A DNA stretch of 32,000 bases from contig NZ_CP040006.1 in NCBI RefSeq assembly GCF_005696695.1, forward strand, positions 1,710,001 through 1,742,000, given 5' to 3'. Within the stretch, counting starts at the first letter, position 1; each line of letters begins with the position of its first letter. Under the pieces are notes generated by a model. That model was not told where the DNA came from and did not search any database. It saw only the letters and a program-made list of their open reading frames with translations. Below, piece after piece: positions 22,638 to 32,000 of this stretch. Origin of the DNA: Schaalia odontolytica (GTDB taxonomy: Bacteria > Actinomycetota > Actinomycetes > Actinomycetales > Actinomycetaceae). Made by a program: the position numbers and the translations under genes.

Positions 22638-23165
22638 TTATCGGCGGGCCTGCTTCACGTAGCGGCGCATCGCGCGCTCGGCCTCGCGCTGGTCCTGCTT
22701 CTCGCGCAGCGCCTGACGCTTATCCCATTCCTGCTTGCCCTTGGCCAGGGCGATCTCGACCTTGACGCGGCCACCGATAAAGTACAGCTCCAGGGGCACG
22801 ATCGTGTAACCCTTCGCAGCCACGCGGTCCTGCATGCGGTCGATCTCCGCGCGGTGCAGCAGCAGCTTGCGCTTGCGCGTGGGCGCGTGGTTCGTCCACG
22901 AGCCCTGCGAGTACAGGGGAATATTGGCACCGTAGAGCCACGCCTCTCCCCCGTTGATCTCAACCCAGGCATCCACGAGAGATGCGCGACCCATGCGCAG
23001 CGCCTTCACCTCGGTGCCCATGAGGGCCAGGCCGGCCTCCCAGGTGTCCTCGATCGTGTAGTCGTGGCGCGCCTTCTTGTTACGGGCGATCGTCTTCTTC
23101 GCATCGGAGGCAGCCTTGGCGCGCTGCCCCTCCGTGGGCTTGGGCTTCTTCCATTCCTTGGGCAT
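22638..23165 (-). CDS. smpB: SsrA-binding protein SmpB
   Basis: IARNKKARHDYTIEDTWEAGLALMGTEVKALR...LLLHRAEIDRM...GYTIVPLELYF matches the SmpB family. ATG 23165 is preceded by an AGGAGG Shine-Dalgarno (AAAGGAGGCAGC ATG) and is preferred over the track start at 23195. Confidence 0.95.
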   Translation of the reverse strand: MPKEWKKPKPTEGQRAKAASDAKKTIARNKKARHDYTIEDTWEAGLALMGTEVKALRMGRASLVDAWVEINGGEAWLYGANIPLYSQGSWTNHAPTRKRKLLLHRAEIDRMQDRVAAKGYTIVPLELYFIGGRVKVEIALAKGKQEWDKRQALREKQDQREAERAMRRYVKQARR

Positions 23166-23250
23166 GCTGCCTCCTTTCAGACTCGTTTTCCGCACACCAT
23201 GCGGAAAGACCCCCGTAGCAAAACGCTACGAGGGTCCATCCTAACGCGGA

Positions 23251-24525
23251 TTACAAATAATCCATCGGTTCAACATAGCTTCCGTTCTGAATGACACCAA
23301 AATGCAGGTGGCATCCGGTCGCGTAACCGGTCGAACCGACCTCACCCAGAGCGTCGCCCGCATTGACGTACTGCCCCGGAGACACGTACTGGGCCTGCAT
23401 GTGCAGGTACTCGGTGATGACGGAGTTACCGCCAACGAGGCCGTGGTTGATATCCACGTAGTTGCCCGCAGAATAGTCCGACGACACCGCATTGACGTAG
23501 CCCGACGCCACAGCACGAATGATCGTGCCGCAGTCTGCAGCCATATCCGTGCCCGAGTGGCCCTTCATGACACCCAGGACCGGGTGGTAGCGCATGCCAA
23601 ACGGGCTGGTGACGACGATCGGAATGTCGAGGGGGCTGCGGAAACCCGAGGCCGACACGTACGAGGCACCCGACGCACGGTTCGCCTCGTCGATGGCAGC
23701 CAACTCCGCGCTGCGTGCCTGGTAGTCGGCTTCCGCCTGGTCGAGCGAGGCCTGGACCTTGTCCTTCTGAGAGTCCCATTCGGCTTGCTTGGCCTGCGCC
23801 TGCGTCTTCAGGTTGTTGAGCTCGGTGAGCTTGGAGTCGGCCTCATTCTTCGCAGCCTCAGCCTCGGCTTCGGCCTTCGCGGCCTTCTCCTCGAGGTCGG
23901 CGATACGGTCCGTGATGGCGTCCTGGCGCGTGGCCTGGGTGCGCTGGGACGAGGACACGTCCAGCGCGGCCGTCATGGTCTGGTTCTCCGTGCGCAGCGC
24001 CATGTCGGCCGCCGCCGCACGGTCGGTGATGGACTCCGTGCCGCCAGCAGTCAGGGCGACGGCGACCGGGTCGACGTTGCCCTCGCGGTACTTGCGACGC
24101 ACGAGGTCAGCGATCGCGCGCTGCGCGTCGTCGGCCTGCGTGGTCGCCTGATTCAGCGACTGACCGATGCGGCTCTGCTCGCCCTGAGCGGCGCTCAGCT
24201 CACCCATGATCGTCGCGTGCTCGCGAGACTTCTGGTCGTACGTCGCGGTCGCGCTCTCGTAGGCGGCCTGCGCCACCGGGATCTGCCCGTTCAGCGACTG
24301 CAGGTCGATGAACACCTGGGCGAGCGAGGCGTCGATGCCCTCCAACTGCGACTGCAGGGCGTTGACCGTCGCCTCGGCCTCGGCGGCCGCGTTCGCGGCG
24401 GCGTCGCGCTCATCGTCCGCGCGCGCGGGCAGGGCCTGGCTCATCGCCGCAAACGAGGCGATCGCGAGGGCCCACGCGCCGGCGCGCAACGCGCGACGAC
24501 CGGGACGATGCGAGGAGAGGGACAT
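23251..24525 (-). CDS. Secreted coiled-coil M23 (LytM-type) peptidoglycan endopeptidase, likely FtsEX partner
   Basis: ATG 24525 lies 5 nt after the ftsX stop. The signal peptide reads MSLSSHRPGRRALRAGAWALAIASFAAMSQALPARA. An approx. 250-aa heptad-rich region follows. The C-terminal M23 domain has both metal motifs intact (HSGTDMAA = HxxxD; CHLHFGV = HxH). Confidence 0.85.
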   Translation of the reverse strand: MSLSSHRPGRRALRAGAWALAIASFAAMSQALPARADDERDAAANAAAEAEATVNALQSQLEGIDASLAQVFIDLQSLNGQIPVAQAAYESATATYDQKSREHATIMGELSAAQGEQSRIGQSLNQATTQADDAQRAIADLVRRKYREGNVDPVAVALTAGGTESITDRAAAADMALRTENQTMTAALDVSSSQRTQATRQDAITDRIADLEEKAAKAEAEAEAAKNEADSKLTELNNLKTQAQAKQAEWDSQKDKVQASLDQAEADYQARSAELAAIDEANRASGASYVSASGFRSPLDIPIVVTSPFGMRYHPVLGVMKGHSGTDMAADCGTIIRAVASGYVNAVSSDYSAGNYVDINHGLVGGNSVITEYLHMQAQYVSPGQYVNAGDALGEVGSTGYATGCHLHFGVIQNGSYVEPMDYL

Positions 24526-24530
24526 GAGAC

Positions 24531-25445
24531 TCACGCCTTCGTGTACTTCGCGAGCGAGAACGCCGAGGCAATAACCGCCAGCGCCACCGCCGCCAGGACG
24601 AGGATCGGCGTCATGATCGCGACCTCGCCCATACCGATAAAGTTCGTCCACTTAAATGCGGGGGCCATCCACCCCTGGACGATAAAGTGCACGCCCGCGA
24701 ACAGGGTGCCGATCGCGAAGGCGGCGCCCACCAGGGCGGCGAGCGCGCCCTCGATCATGAAGGGAGCCTGAATGAACAGGTTCGAGGCACCCACGTAACG
24801 CATGATCTGGGTTTCCTGCTCGCGGCTCATGGCGCTCAGGCGGATCGTCGTGGAGATCAGCAGGATCGCGGCGACGACCATGATGGCGCCCAGGCCCAGC
24901 GCAGCCGTGCGGGCAGCGCCCAGCACGCGGAACAGGGGCTCGACGACCTCACGCTGGTCGCGCACCTCGGACACGCCCGCGGTCCCGGAGAATTCCTCCT
25001 TGACCACCGAGTACTGCTCGGGGTTGACCAGCTTGATGCGGAACGCGAACTGGAGCATGTCCGGCGTGGTCCACTGGGTCAGAGCGTTGTTGCCGTTGAG
25101 ACGTTGGAAGTTCTCGTAAGCCTCTTCCTTCGTCTCCTCGTACACGTTCGCCACGTACGGGGTCATCTCTGCGGATGCCAGCTTCTGACGCACGGCGTCG
25201 ATCTGCGCGTCGGTTGCCTCGGTCGCGTTGCAGTTCGCGGCCGCGTCGTTGATGGCGCACATGTAGATCGTGACCTCGATCTTGTCGTACCACTCCGACT
25301 TCATCTTGGACACCTGCATCTGGGTCAGGCCCGCGATGCCCACGAAAAGGAGGGACACGAAGGTCACGAGGATGACGGCGACGCTCATCGCGCGGTTACG
25401 CGACAGACCCTTGCCGACCTCGGACAGAATAAAACGAAGCTTCAC
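24531..25445 (-). CDS. ftsX: Cell-division ABC transporter permease-like protein FtsX
   Basis: 304 aa. The start MKLRFILSEVGKGLSRNRAMSVAVILVTFVSL is typical of FtsX. A large extracytoplasmic loop and three C-terminal TM helices follow. The GTG start has a GGGAGG Shine-Dalgarno, 5 nt after the ftsE stop. Confidence 0.9.
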   Translation of the reverse strand: MKLRFILSEVGKGLSRNRAMSVAVILVTFVSLLFVGIAGLTQMQVSKMKSEWYDKIEVTIYMCAINDAAANCNATEATDAQIDAVRQKLASAEMTPYVANVYEETKEEAYENFQRLNGNNALTQWTTPDMLQFAFRIKLVNPEQYSVVKEEFSGTAGVSEVRDQREVVEPLFRVLGAARTAALGLGAIMVVAAILLISTTIRLSAMSREQETQIMRYVGASNLFIQAPFMIEGALAALVGAAFAIGTLFAGVHFIVQGWMAPAFKWTNFIGMGEVAIMTPILVLAAVALAVIASAFSLAKYTKA

Positions 25446-25450
25446 TGGTC

Positions 25451-26140
25451 TTACCTCCCGGCCCCGTAGACGCCGCGGTTCTGGTCGCGCACGACGTCGC
25501 CGCTGGCGAGCTCGATGACGCGCTTACGCATCTGGTTCACGATGTCCGCGTCGTGGGTCGCCATGACGACGGTCGTGCCCGTGCGATTGATTCGGTCAAG
25601 GAGACGCATGATGCCCAGCGACGTCTCCGGGTCAAGGTTGCCGGTGGGCTCGTCCGCGAGCAGCAGCTCGGGGCGGTTCACCATGGCGCGCGCGATCGCG
25701 ACACGCTGTTCCTCACCGCCGGACAGCTCGTGCGGCAGGCGCGATTCCTTGCCGGACAGGCCCACCAGCTCGAGGGCGTCCGGGACGGCCGTCTCGATCG
25801 CGTGGCGAGGCTTGCCGATGACCTGCATGGCCAGAGCGACGTTCTCGTACACGGTCTTAGAGGGCAGCAGTCGGAAGTCCTGGAAGACCGTGCCGATCTG
25901 ACGGCGCAGCTTCGGAACCGCCCACGTGGACAGCTTGGACACGTCCTTGCCGAGCACCCACACCTTCCCGCTGGTCGCCTTCATTTCGCGCATGACGAGC
26001 TGCAGGAACGTGGATTTGCCGGAACCCGACTTGCCGACGAGGAACACGAATTCTTCGCGTTCCACCTCCAGCGAGACGTGGTCCAGCGCGGGCTGGGCAC
26101 CTGGCGTGTACACCATGGTGACATCTTCAAAACGAATCAT
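25451..26140 (-). CDS. ftsE: Cell-division ATP-binding protein FtsE
   Basis: It has Walker [11 protein letters not shown]-loop, signature [14 protein letters not shown], Walker [13 protein letters not shown] and H-loop ATHD. 229 aa. Confidence 0.95.
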   Translation of the reverse strand: MIRFEDVTMVYTPGAQPALDHVSLEVEREEFVFLVGKSGSGKSTFLQLVMREMKATSGKVWVLGKDVSKLSTWAVPKLRRQIGTVFQDFRLLPSKTVYENVALAMQVIGKPRHAIETAVPDALELVGLSGKESRLPHELSGGEEQRVAIARAMVNRPELLLADEPTGNLDPETSLGIMRLLDRINRTGTTVVMATHDADIVNQMRKRVIELASGDVVRDQNRGVYGAGR

Positions 26141-26265
26141 GGGACCGTCCGATCGGGGTCAATAGTCCCTGTCAGATTAGGTAACGATCGGGTCACGACC
26201 CGGCTACGACACGCGGAAAACAGGCGGTGTGGCGCTCAGCCCTCCACCTGGGGACGCTTGGACAC

Positions 26266-26316
26266 GCAACCCGGCCCCGGCCTCGTTCATGAATCGGCGA
26301 GGCCGGGGCCGGTTGC
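26266..26316 (-). terminator. Long GC-rich hairpin downstream of prfB
   Basis: GCAACCCGGCCCCGGCCTCG pairs with CGAGGCCGGGGCCGGTTGC, giving an approx. 19-bp stem with one bulged C. It begins 16 nt after the prfB stop. There is no U-tract, as is common in high-GC actinobacteria. Confidence 0.6.
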
Positions 26317-26331
26317 GCGTATGGGCGTCGC

Positions 26332-27453
26332 TCAGTCCTGAGCGGCCTTCTGCTCGTTCTTGCGCCAGCGGATGCCGGCGTTGATGAAGCCGTCGATGTC
26401 GCCATCGAAGACGGACTGGGGGTTGCCGGACTCGTACTCGGTGCGCAGGTCCTTGACCATCTGATACGGCTGGAGCACGTAGGAGCGCATCTGATCGCCC
26501 CACGACGCCTTGACGTCGCCGGCGAGCTCCTTCTTCTTCGCCTGCTCTTCCTCGTGACGCAGCACGAGGAGGCGGGACTGCAGGACTCGCAGGGCGGCCG
26601 CGCGGTTCTGGATCTGAGACTTCTCATCCTGCATGGACACGACGATGCCCGTGGGGATGTGGGTCATGCGCACGGCCGAGTCGGTCGTGTTCACGGACTG
26701 GCCGCCGGGACCCGAAGAGCGGAAGACGTCCACCTTCAGCTCGGACTCGGGGATCTCGATGTGGTCAGTCGTCTCGATGAGGGGGATGACCTCGACGGCC
26801 GCGAAGGACGTCTGGCGGCGGCCCTGGTTGTCGAAGGGGCTGATGCGCACGAGACGGTGGGTACCTGCCTCGACACTCAGCGTGCCGTAGGCGTAGGGCG
26901 CCTGAACCTCGAAGGTCGCCGACTTCAGGCCGGCCTCTTCCGCGTAGGAGGTGTCCATGACCTTCGTCGGGTAGCCGTGACGCTCCGCCCAGCGCAGGTA
27001 CATGCGCAGGAGGATCTCGGCGAAGTCAGCGGCGTCCACGCCGCCCGCGCCGCTTCGGATCGTGATGACGGCGTTGCGCTCATCGTACTCGCCGTCCAGC
27101 AGCGTGCGGATCTCCAGGTCTCCCAGGTCCTTGCGCAGCTTCTCCAGGTCGGCCTCGGCCTCGGCGAGGATGTCAGCGCTCTCGTCCGGGTCCTCGGCGG
27201 CCATGTCCACCATGGCTTCCAGGTCGTCGATGCGCTCGCTCATCTGCGTGATGCGGTCCAGCTCGCTCTGGCGGTGGCTGAGTGCGCTCGTGACGGCCTG
27301 GGCGGCGCTCGGGTCGTCCCACAGGTCGGGCGCTGCCGCCTTCTCGTTCAGCTCGGCGATCTGCTCGCGCAGCTTGTCCGGCTGCACGACCGCGACGATG
27401 TTCTCCATCGTGGTGCGCAGGGACGGGATCTCTTCAGAAAATTCAATGGCCAC
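26332..27453 (-). CDS. prfB: Peptide chain release factor 2 (single uninterrupted ORF, GTG start)
   Basis: The RF2-specific SPF motif ([16 protein letters not shown]) and the GGQ motif ([17 protein letters not shown]) are present. 373 aa. No internal in-frame stop or CTTTGAC shift site. Confidence 0.95.
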   Translation of the reverse strand: MAIEFSEEIPSLRTTMENIVAVVQPDKLREQIAELNEKAAAPDLWDDPSAAQAVTSALSHRQSELDRITQMSERIDDLEAMVDMAAEDPDESADILAEAEADLEKLRKDLGDLEIRTLLDGEYDERNAVITIRSGAGGVDAADFAEILLRMYLRWAERHGYPTKVMDTSYAEEAGLKSATFEVQAPYAYGTLSVEAGTHRLVRISPFDNQGRRQTSFAAVEVIPLIETTDHIEIPESELKVDVFRSSGPGGQSVNTTDSAVRMTHIPTGIVVSMQDEKSQIQNRAAALRVLQSRLLVLRHEEEQAKKKELAGDVKASWGDQMRSYVLQPYQMVKDLRTEYESGNPQSVFDGDIDGFINAGIRWRKNEQKAAQD

Positions 27454-27541
27454 GCACCCAGGGTAGCGGATCGGACGCCCAACGAGGAACGCTAAGGGGC
27501 GACGGTGGCGGGGTTTACTCCCCCGCCGGCCTCAGATACGA

Positions 27542-27577
27542 CGGTGCCCCGACGCCACACAGGACGCCGGGGCACCG
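27542..27577 (-). terminator. Hairpin downstream of gdhA
   Basis: CGGTGCCCCG pairs with CGGGGCACCG for 10 bp, with an extended imperfect stem. It lies 13 nt after the gdhA stop. A second small hairpin (GGCGGGG/CCCCGCC) follows. Confidence 0.4.
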
Positions 27578-27589
27578 ACAAGAAGCGGA

Positions 27590-28954
<1,365 letters not shown>

Positions 28955-29023
28955 CTAAAGTTTACGTTTCGTTTACTCGACCTTCCCTCGCCGTCCCACA
29001 ATGTGACCGTCGCGGACGCCACT

Positions 29024-29467
29024 TTAGGGTGACCCCTGCACCCCACGCAGGCGCGCACTCGAGGTCCTCACCAGCTCGGGAACCACCGCACCGCGAAGCA
29101 TCGGAGGCAAGAGAGAGACCCTGGGGTGCGCCCTCACACCGACCTCCACCTCCCTGCTGCTCACGCTGACCCAGGAGACGCTCACCCCGTCCCCAACCCG
29201 GCACGTCGAGTCCGACAGACCCGCGAGCGCACGGTCGACGCGAGAGCTCGCCGTCTCCTCGTCAACCCCGAGGTCACCTCCCGCGAAGACCGTTGACGAG
29301 GAGGCTCCCGACACCCCGGCGCTGGCCAAGGCGTCAGCGCATGACACGAGGCGGCGGTCCTGCATCGCGACCTCAGTGAGCGCGATCGACACGACGAGCA
29401 GCAGGCACACGAAGGCACAGCCCGCGCACATGAGGATCCCGACGCGCCCCTCCTCCCCTTCACTCAC
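29024..29467 (-). CDS. TadE-like pseudopilin (Rv3654c-family-like)
   Basis: The GTG 29467 start overlaps the upstream gene end. The N-terminus reads EEGRVGILMCAGCAFVCLLLVVSIALTEV...CADALASAG, i.e. charged residues, a hydrophobic helix and an AxDxxAxAG-type motif. It is the third of three tandem TadE-like genes. Confidence 0.5.
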   Translation of the reverse strand: MSEGEEGRVGILMCAGCAFVCLLLVVSIALTEVAMQDRRLVSCADALASAGVSGASSSTVFAGGDLGVDEETASSRVDRALAGLSDSTCRVGDGVSVSWVSVSSREVEVGVRAHPRVSLLPPMLRGAVVPELVRTSSARLRGVQGSP

Positions 29468-29858
29468 GGGCGACCACCTCCCGCACGGGCGCGCGGGCGC
29501 TCGAGGAGACACCCACGCCAACCCCGCCGAGCCAGGAGGGCATGAAGGGCAGCGGGACCTGCACGGACACGCGCACGTCAACAGCCCCTTCTCCGTCCTG
29601 GCAGTTCTCGCACGTCGAGGCCACCTCGGGGGTCGCGTTCACACCGAAGTCCTCGACGATGAGGGTGACGGCGTGGGATGCGTCGGCCGTTCGATCCGGG
29701 TCCTCGGCGAGGATACGCGCAGCCTCGCGCGCCCCCGCGTCTACCGCCATCGCACCGGCGCTCACCTGGCCGATCGCGAGCACGATGTAGAGCACCGGGA
29801 TCACGACGACGACGAGGATCCCAAGGAATTCAACGCTGGCGTCTCCTCGCTCGCTCAC
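29460..29858 (-). CDS. TadE-like pseudopilin
   Basis: GTG 29858 overlaps the upstream stop as GTGA, with a GGAGGGG Shine-Dalgarno. The N-terminus SERGDASVEFLGILVVVVIPVLYIVLAIG is the classic TadE signature (G-x-A-x-VEF plus a hydrophobic helix). Confidence 0.6.
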   Translation of the reverse strand: MSERGDASVEFLGILVVVVIPVLYIVLAIGQVSAGAMAVDAGAREAARILAEDPDRTADASHAVTLIVEDFGVNATPEVASTCENCQDGEGAVDVRVSVQVPLPFMPSWLGGVGVGVSSSARAPVREVVARE

Positions 29859-30244
29859 GGCCCCTCCACCAGGGCACGCCCGCGCACGGTCAGCCACCTC
29901 GGACCGAGTCCTCCGACGAGCGGCAGGCGCGTGCGCACGGTGACGGTGAGGACATCGACGCCCGCGTCGCTCTCGCGATCCACGGCGATCTCGCGGTCCT
30001 TCGCGGCCCCCACGAGAGAATCGAGGAGTTCGCCTGTTCTCGCCCGTGCCTCGTCCTCATCCCCTCCGAGGAGGCCGCCACGGCGCGCGCCCTCGGACGC
30101 CGCGCTCACGCTCATGGTGCGCACGTGCGAGGCGAAGGCCAGCTGAATGAGCAGGAGGATGACGAGGACGACGAGGCCCTGGACGAGGACCGTCGAGACG
30201 ACCTCAGATCCCTCCTCAGATGCCCGCAATCGAGTCCATCGCAC
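29855..30244 (-). CDS. TadE-like pseudopilin (start uncertain: 30229 TTG, 30244 GTG or 30280 ATG)
   Basis: The N-terminus ...ASEEGSEVVSTVLVQGLVVLVILLLIQLAFA has acidic residues followed by a hydrophobic helix. It lies directly after the Flp-like ORF. Confidence 0.5.
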   Translation of the reverse strand: MRWTRLRASEEGSEVVSTVLVQGLVVLVILLLIQLAFASHVRTMSVSAASEGARRGGLLGGDEDEARARTGELLDSLVGAAKDREIAVDRESDAGVDVLTVTVRTRLPLVGGLGPRWLTVRGRALVEGP

Positions 30245-30386
30245 GGTTAAAGATCTCCACGAGCCGCTCCGAGGCAACACCCCAGATGAGGACGACGAGC
30301 GCGGCCGTCATGAGGGTGATGAGGACCCACCCGGGCACGTCGCCGCGCTCCCCGAGGGGAGCCTTCCTGAGAAAGAGTTTCTTCAT
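30216..30386 (-). CDS. Flp-type pilin / DUF4244-like small protein (56 aa; below the ORF-track size cut-off)
   Basis: AAGGAAGGAAAC Shine-Dalgarno lies 4 nt upstream of ATG 30386. It encodes MKKLFLRKAPLGERGDVPGWVLITLMTAALVVLIWGVASERLVEIFNRAMDSIAGI. The G-E-R-G motif plus a single hydrophobic helix resembles actinobacterial Flp/DUF4244 prepilins. It sits in the canonical position between tadC and the tadE-like genes. Confidence 0.5.
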   Translation of the reverse strand: MKKLFLRKAPLGERGDVPGWVLITLMTAALVVLIWGVASERLVEIFNRAMDSIAGI

Positions 30387-30401
30387 GACTGTTTCCTTCC
30401 T

Positions 30402-31298
30402 TCACGGGGTGAAATCCAGGGCGATGAGCCCCGGATAGAGGGCGAACATGACAGTGACTGGCAGGATGAGGGAGACGACGGGCAGGAGCATCGCGATTTC
30501 GCGGCGTCCACCCTCCTCCATGAGGGCAGCGAGAGAGCGTTCGCGCTGGTCCCGGGCCTGATCGTGCAGGACCGAGGCCAGGGGCGAGCCGCGCTCGATC
30601 GCCGTAGTGAGCGTGCGGCTCAGGCGCGTGAGGGCCGGGGATTCGGTGCGCTCAACGAGGTTGGCGAGAGCGCGCACGGAGGGCGTGCCGTTGCGGATGT
30701 GCCCGGCTGTCAGCGACAGCTCCGCCCCAAGAGGGCCTCCCGCGCACCCGGCGACGCGCTCGATGGCGGCCGGGATCGACTCGCCGGCCGCCACCGCGAG
30801 CGCGAGGAGTTCCGAGCAGTCGGGCACGGCGGCGTCGATCGCGCGCTGGCGGGCGTGTGCGCGCATGGTGAGGAAGCGGTCCATGCCGGCGACCCCGAGG
30901 AGGGTTCCGACGAGCGCGCAGGCGCACAGGGGAATCAGGGAGGCGCGCAGGGAGGAAACGTGGCGCGCGGCGACGAGGGCGCACGCTGCGACGAGGCCTG
31001 CCACCCCTGCGACTGCCTGGCGCAGCCGGAAGACGGACACGTCCGGGTTCATACCAGCCAGGGCGAGCCTGCGGGCGACGGATTCGCTGGTGGATCCGAG
31101 GGAATCGAGGGCTGAGGCGCTCATTCGGCGCGTCCACGCGACGAGCGCGGAGGGTGGCTGCTCCTGCACGCGGCCCTGCGCGACGCGGTCAACGAAGGAG
31201 GGGCGGCGCGCGAGGGCGGCGGCCAGGATGAGGACGAGGCCCGCGCCGGCGACGAGGGCGACGGCGAGGTCGAGGGCGCGCATGATCCACGGGTTCAT
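30402..31298 (-). CDS. tadC: Type II secretion system F-family protein (TadC-like)
   Basis: ATG 31298 (MNPWIMRALDLAVALVAGAGLVLIL...) overlaps the tadB stop as ATGA and is preferred over the track start at 31421. An N-terminal TM helix, a cytoplasmic T2SSF-like helical domain and C-terminal TM helices (IAMLLPVVSLILPVTVMFALYPGLI) are present. Confidence 0.7.
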   Translation of the reverse strand: MNPWIMRALDLAVALVAGAGLVLILAAALARRPSFVDRVAQGRVQEQPPSALVAWTRRMSASALDSLGSTSESVARRLALAGMNPDVSVFRLRQAVAGVAGLVAACALVAARHVSSLRASLIPLCACALVGTLLGVAGMDRFLTMRAHARQRAIDAAVPDCSELLALAVAAGESIPAAIERVAGCAGGPLGAELSLTAGHIRNGTPSVRALANLVERTESPALTRLSRTLTTAIERGSPLASVLHDQARDQRERSLAALMEEGGRREIAMLLPVVSLILPVTVMFALYPGLIALDFTP

Positions 31299-32000
31299 CG
31301 CGCGCCCCCAAGGTTCCTTGGGTCGGTGCTCAGGCGGCCCATGGCCTTCATGATCAGGTAGGCGATGACGCAGATGCCGGCCCCCGAGCACAGGACGGCG
31401 ATACCGCCCGGCGAGTTCCACACGTGTGCGCTGGCCCCGCCTCCCGACAGGAGGAGCAGGACGACCCAGGGGGCCGCGAGGCCGAGTCGGGCGGCGCCCA
31501 CGGTCCAGGATTGACGCGCCTCAAGTTCTCCGCGCACGCGCGAATCCTCGCGCAGGAGCGAGGCGAGGTCTTGCAGCAGGCGGGTCAGGTCCGCCCCGCC
31601 GACAGATCGAGCGATGCGCAACGCCTCGACGATGCGGTCGGCAACGGGGTCCGCGACCGTCTCTTTCATCGTGTCCAAAGCAGGCTCGAAGCGGCCATTA
31701 GCACTGTAATCGCGCGAGAACGCTTCGAAGGCGAAGCGCACGGGGACGGGCCCCTCCTCGGCCAGGTCGCAGAGCACCTGGGGCAGCGCAGTGCCCGCAC
31801 GCACGCCGGACACCATCGCGTCGATGACCTCCGGCCAGGCGGCCCGAACGGTCTTTGCGTGTGCGCCCAGGCGCGAGACGACCCACGCGTAGGGCAGGAA
31901 CGCGACGCCGACGGAGACGATGAGGGCGACGGGCCAGGCTCCCGTGACGGCCAAGATAGCGAGCGCGACGACGATTCCGACTCCGAGGCTCAGCGCGACG
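31295..32000 (-). CDS. tadB: Type II secretion system F-family protein (TadB-like), 5' end outside window
   Basis: The frame stays open to the window edge (...VALSLGVGIVVALAILAVTGAWPVALIV...). It has T2SSF-like topology with terminal TM helices. It is paired with tadC. Confidence 0.65.
   Translation of the reverse strand, partial: VALSLGVGIVVALAILAVTGAWPVALIVSVGVAFLPYAWVVSRLGAHAKTVRAAWPEVIDAMVSGVRAGTALPQVLCDLAEEGPVPVRFAFEAFSRDYSANGRFEPALDTMKETVADPVADRIVEALRIARSVGGADLTRLLQDLASLLREDSRVRGELEARQSWTVGAARLGLAAPWVVLLLLSGGGASAHVWNSPGGIAVLCSGAGICVIAYLIMKAMGRLSTDPRNLGGAR

Noticed and set aside
23166-24651. Extended N-termini for smpB (23195) and the M23 peptidase (24651); also 31421 for tadC
   Set aside because: Downstream starts have proper Shine-Dalgarno sequences or stop-start overlaps and give the expected N-termini (signal peptide or TM helix). 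The extensions would overlap the upstream genes.
23302-24771. 489-aa + strand ORF
   Set aside because: It is antisense to the M23 peptidase and the ftsX 3' end. Its composition (Arg/Val/Gly/Leu) is an off-frame artefact.
26332-27453. Programmed +1 frameshift site expected in many prfB genes
   Set aside because: The gene is one uninterrupted ORF. No early in-frame TGA or CTTTGAC motif was found, so no frameshift is claimed.

Overview
GC-rich actinobacterial DNA; the gene order suggests an Actinomyces/Schaalia-like Actinomycetales, but that is inference only. No searches or computations could be run; all calls come from reading the sequence and the supplied translations. Positions 1-17251 are the right-hand part of a siphovirus-like prophage on the + strand, integrated at the 3' end of the tmRNA gene ssrA. 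It carries early/recombination genes (C5 methyltransferase 3' end, RusA, SSB, two HNH proteins, an HTH protein). These are followed by a 5'-truncated, multiply frameshifted tape-measure gene, four tail-tip genes, a lysis cassette (CHAP endolysin, holin, membrane coiled-coil protein) and a three-gene accessory module (small beta-rich protein, repeat-rich fibre-like protein, GDPD-like phosphodiesterase). A convergent tyrosine integrase closes the element. Terminase, portal, capsid and tail-tube genes are absent: the second HNH ORF reads straight into the tape-measure gene, so the element looks defective or locally mis-assembled. Positions 17252-32000 are host genes, all on the - strand: ssrA, two translationally coupled YhgE/Pip-family membrane proteins lying between smpB and ssrA, smpB, a coiled-coil M23 peptidase directly after ftsX, ftsX, ftsE, prfB, gdhA, and part of a Tad/Flp pilus locus. 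The Tad locus comprises three TadE-like genes, a 56-aa Flp/DUF4244-like ORF absent from the ORF track, tadC, and a partial tadB. Points worth a second look are the HNH-to-tape-measure junction, nine single-base indels confined to the tape-measure gene, a (GGGNN)6 G-tract array inside a coding region, the post-lysis accessory module, and the YhgE/Pip pair abutting the prophage. No CRISPR array, rRNA or tRNA was found. No clearly novel multi-gene system can be asserted from sequence alone.
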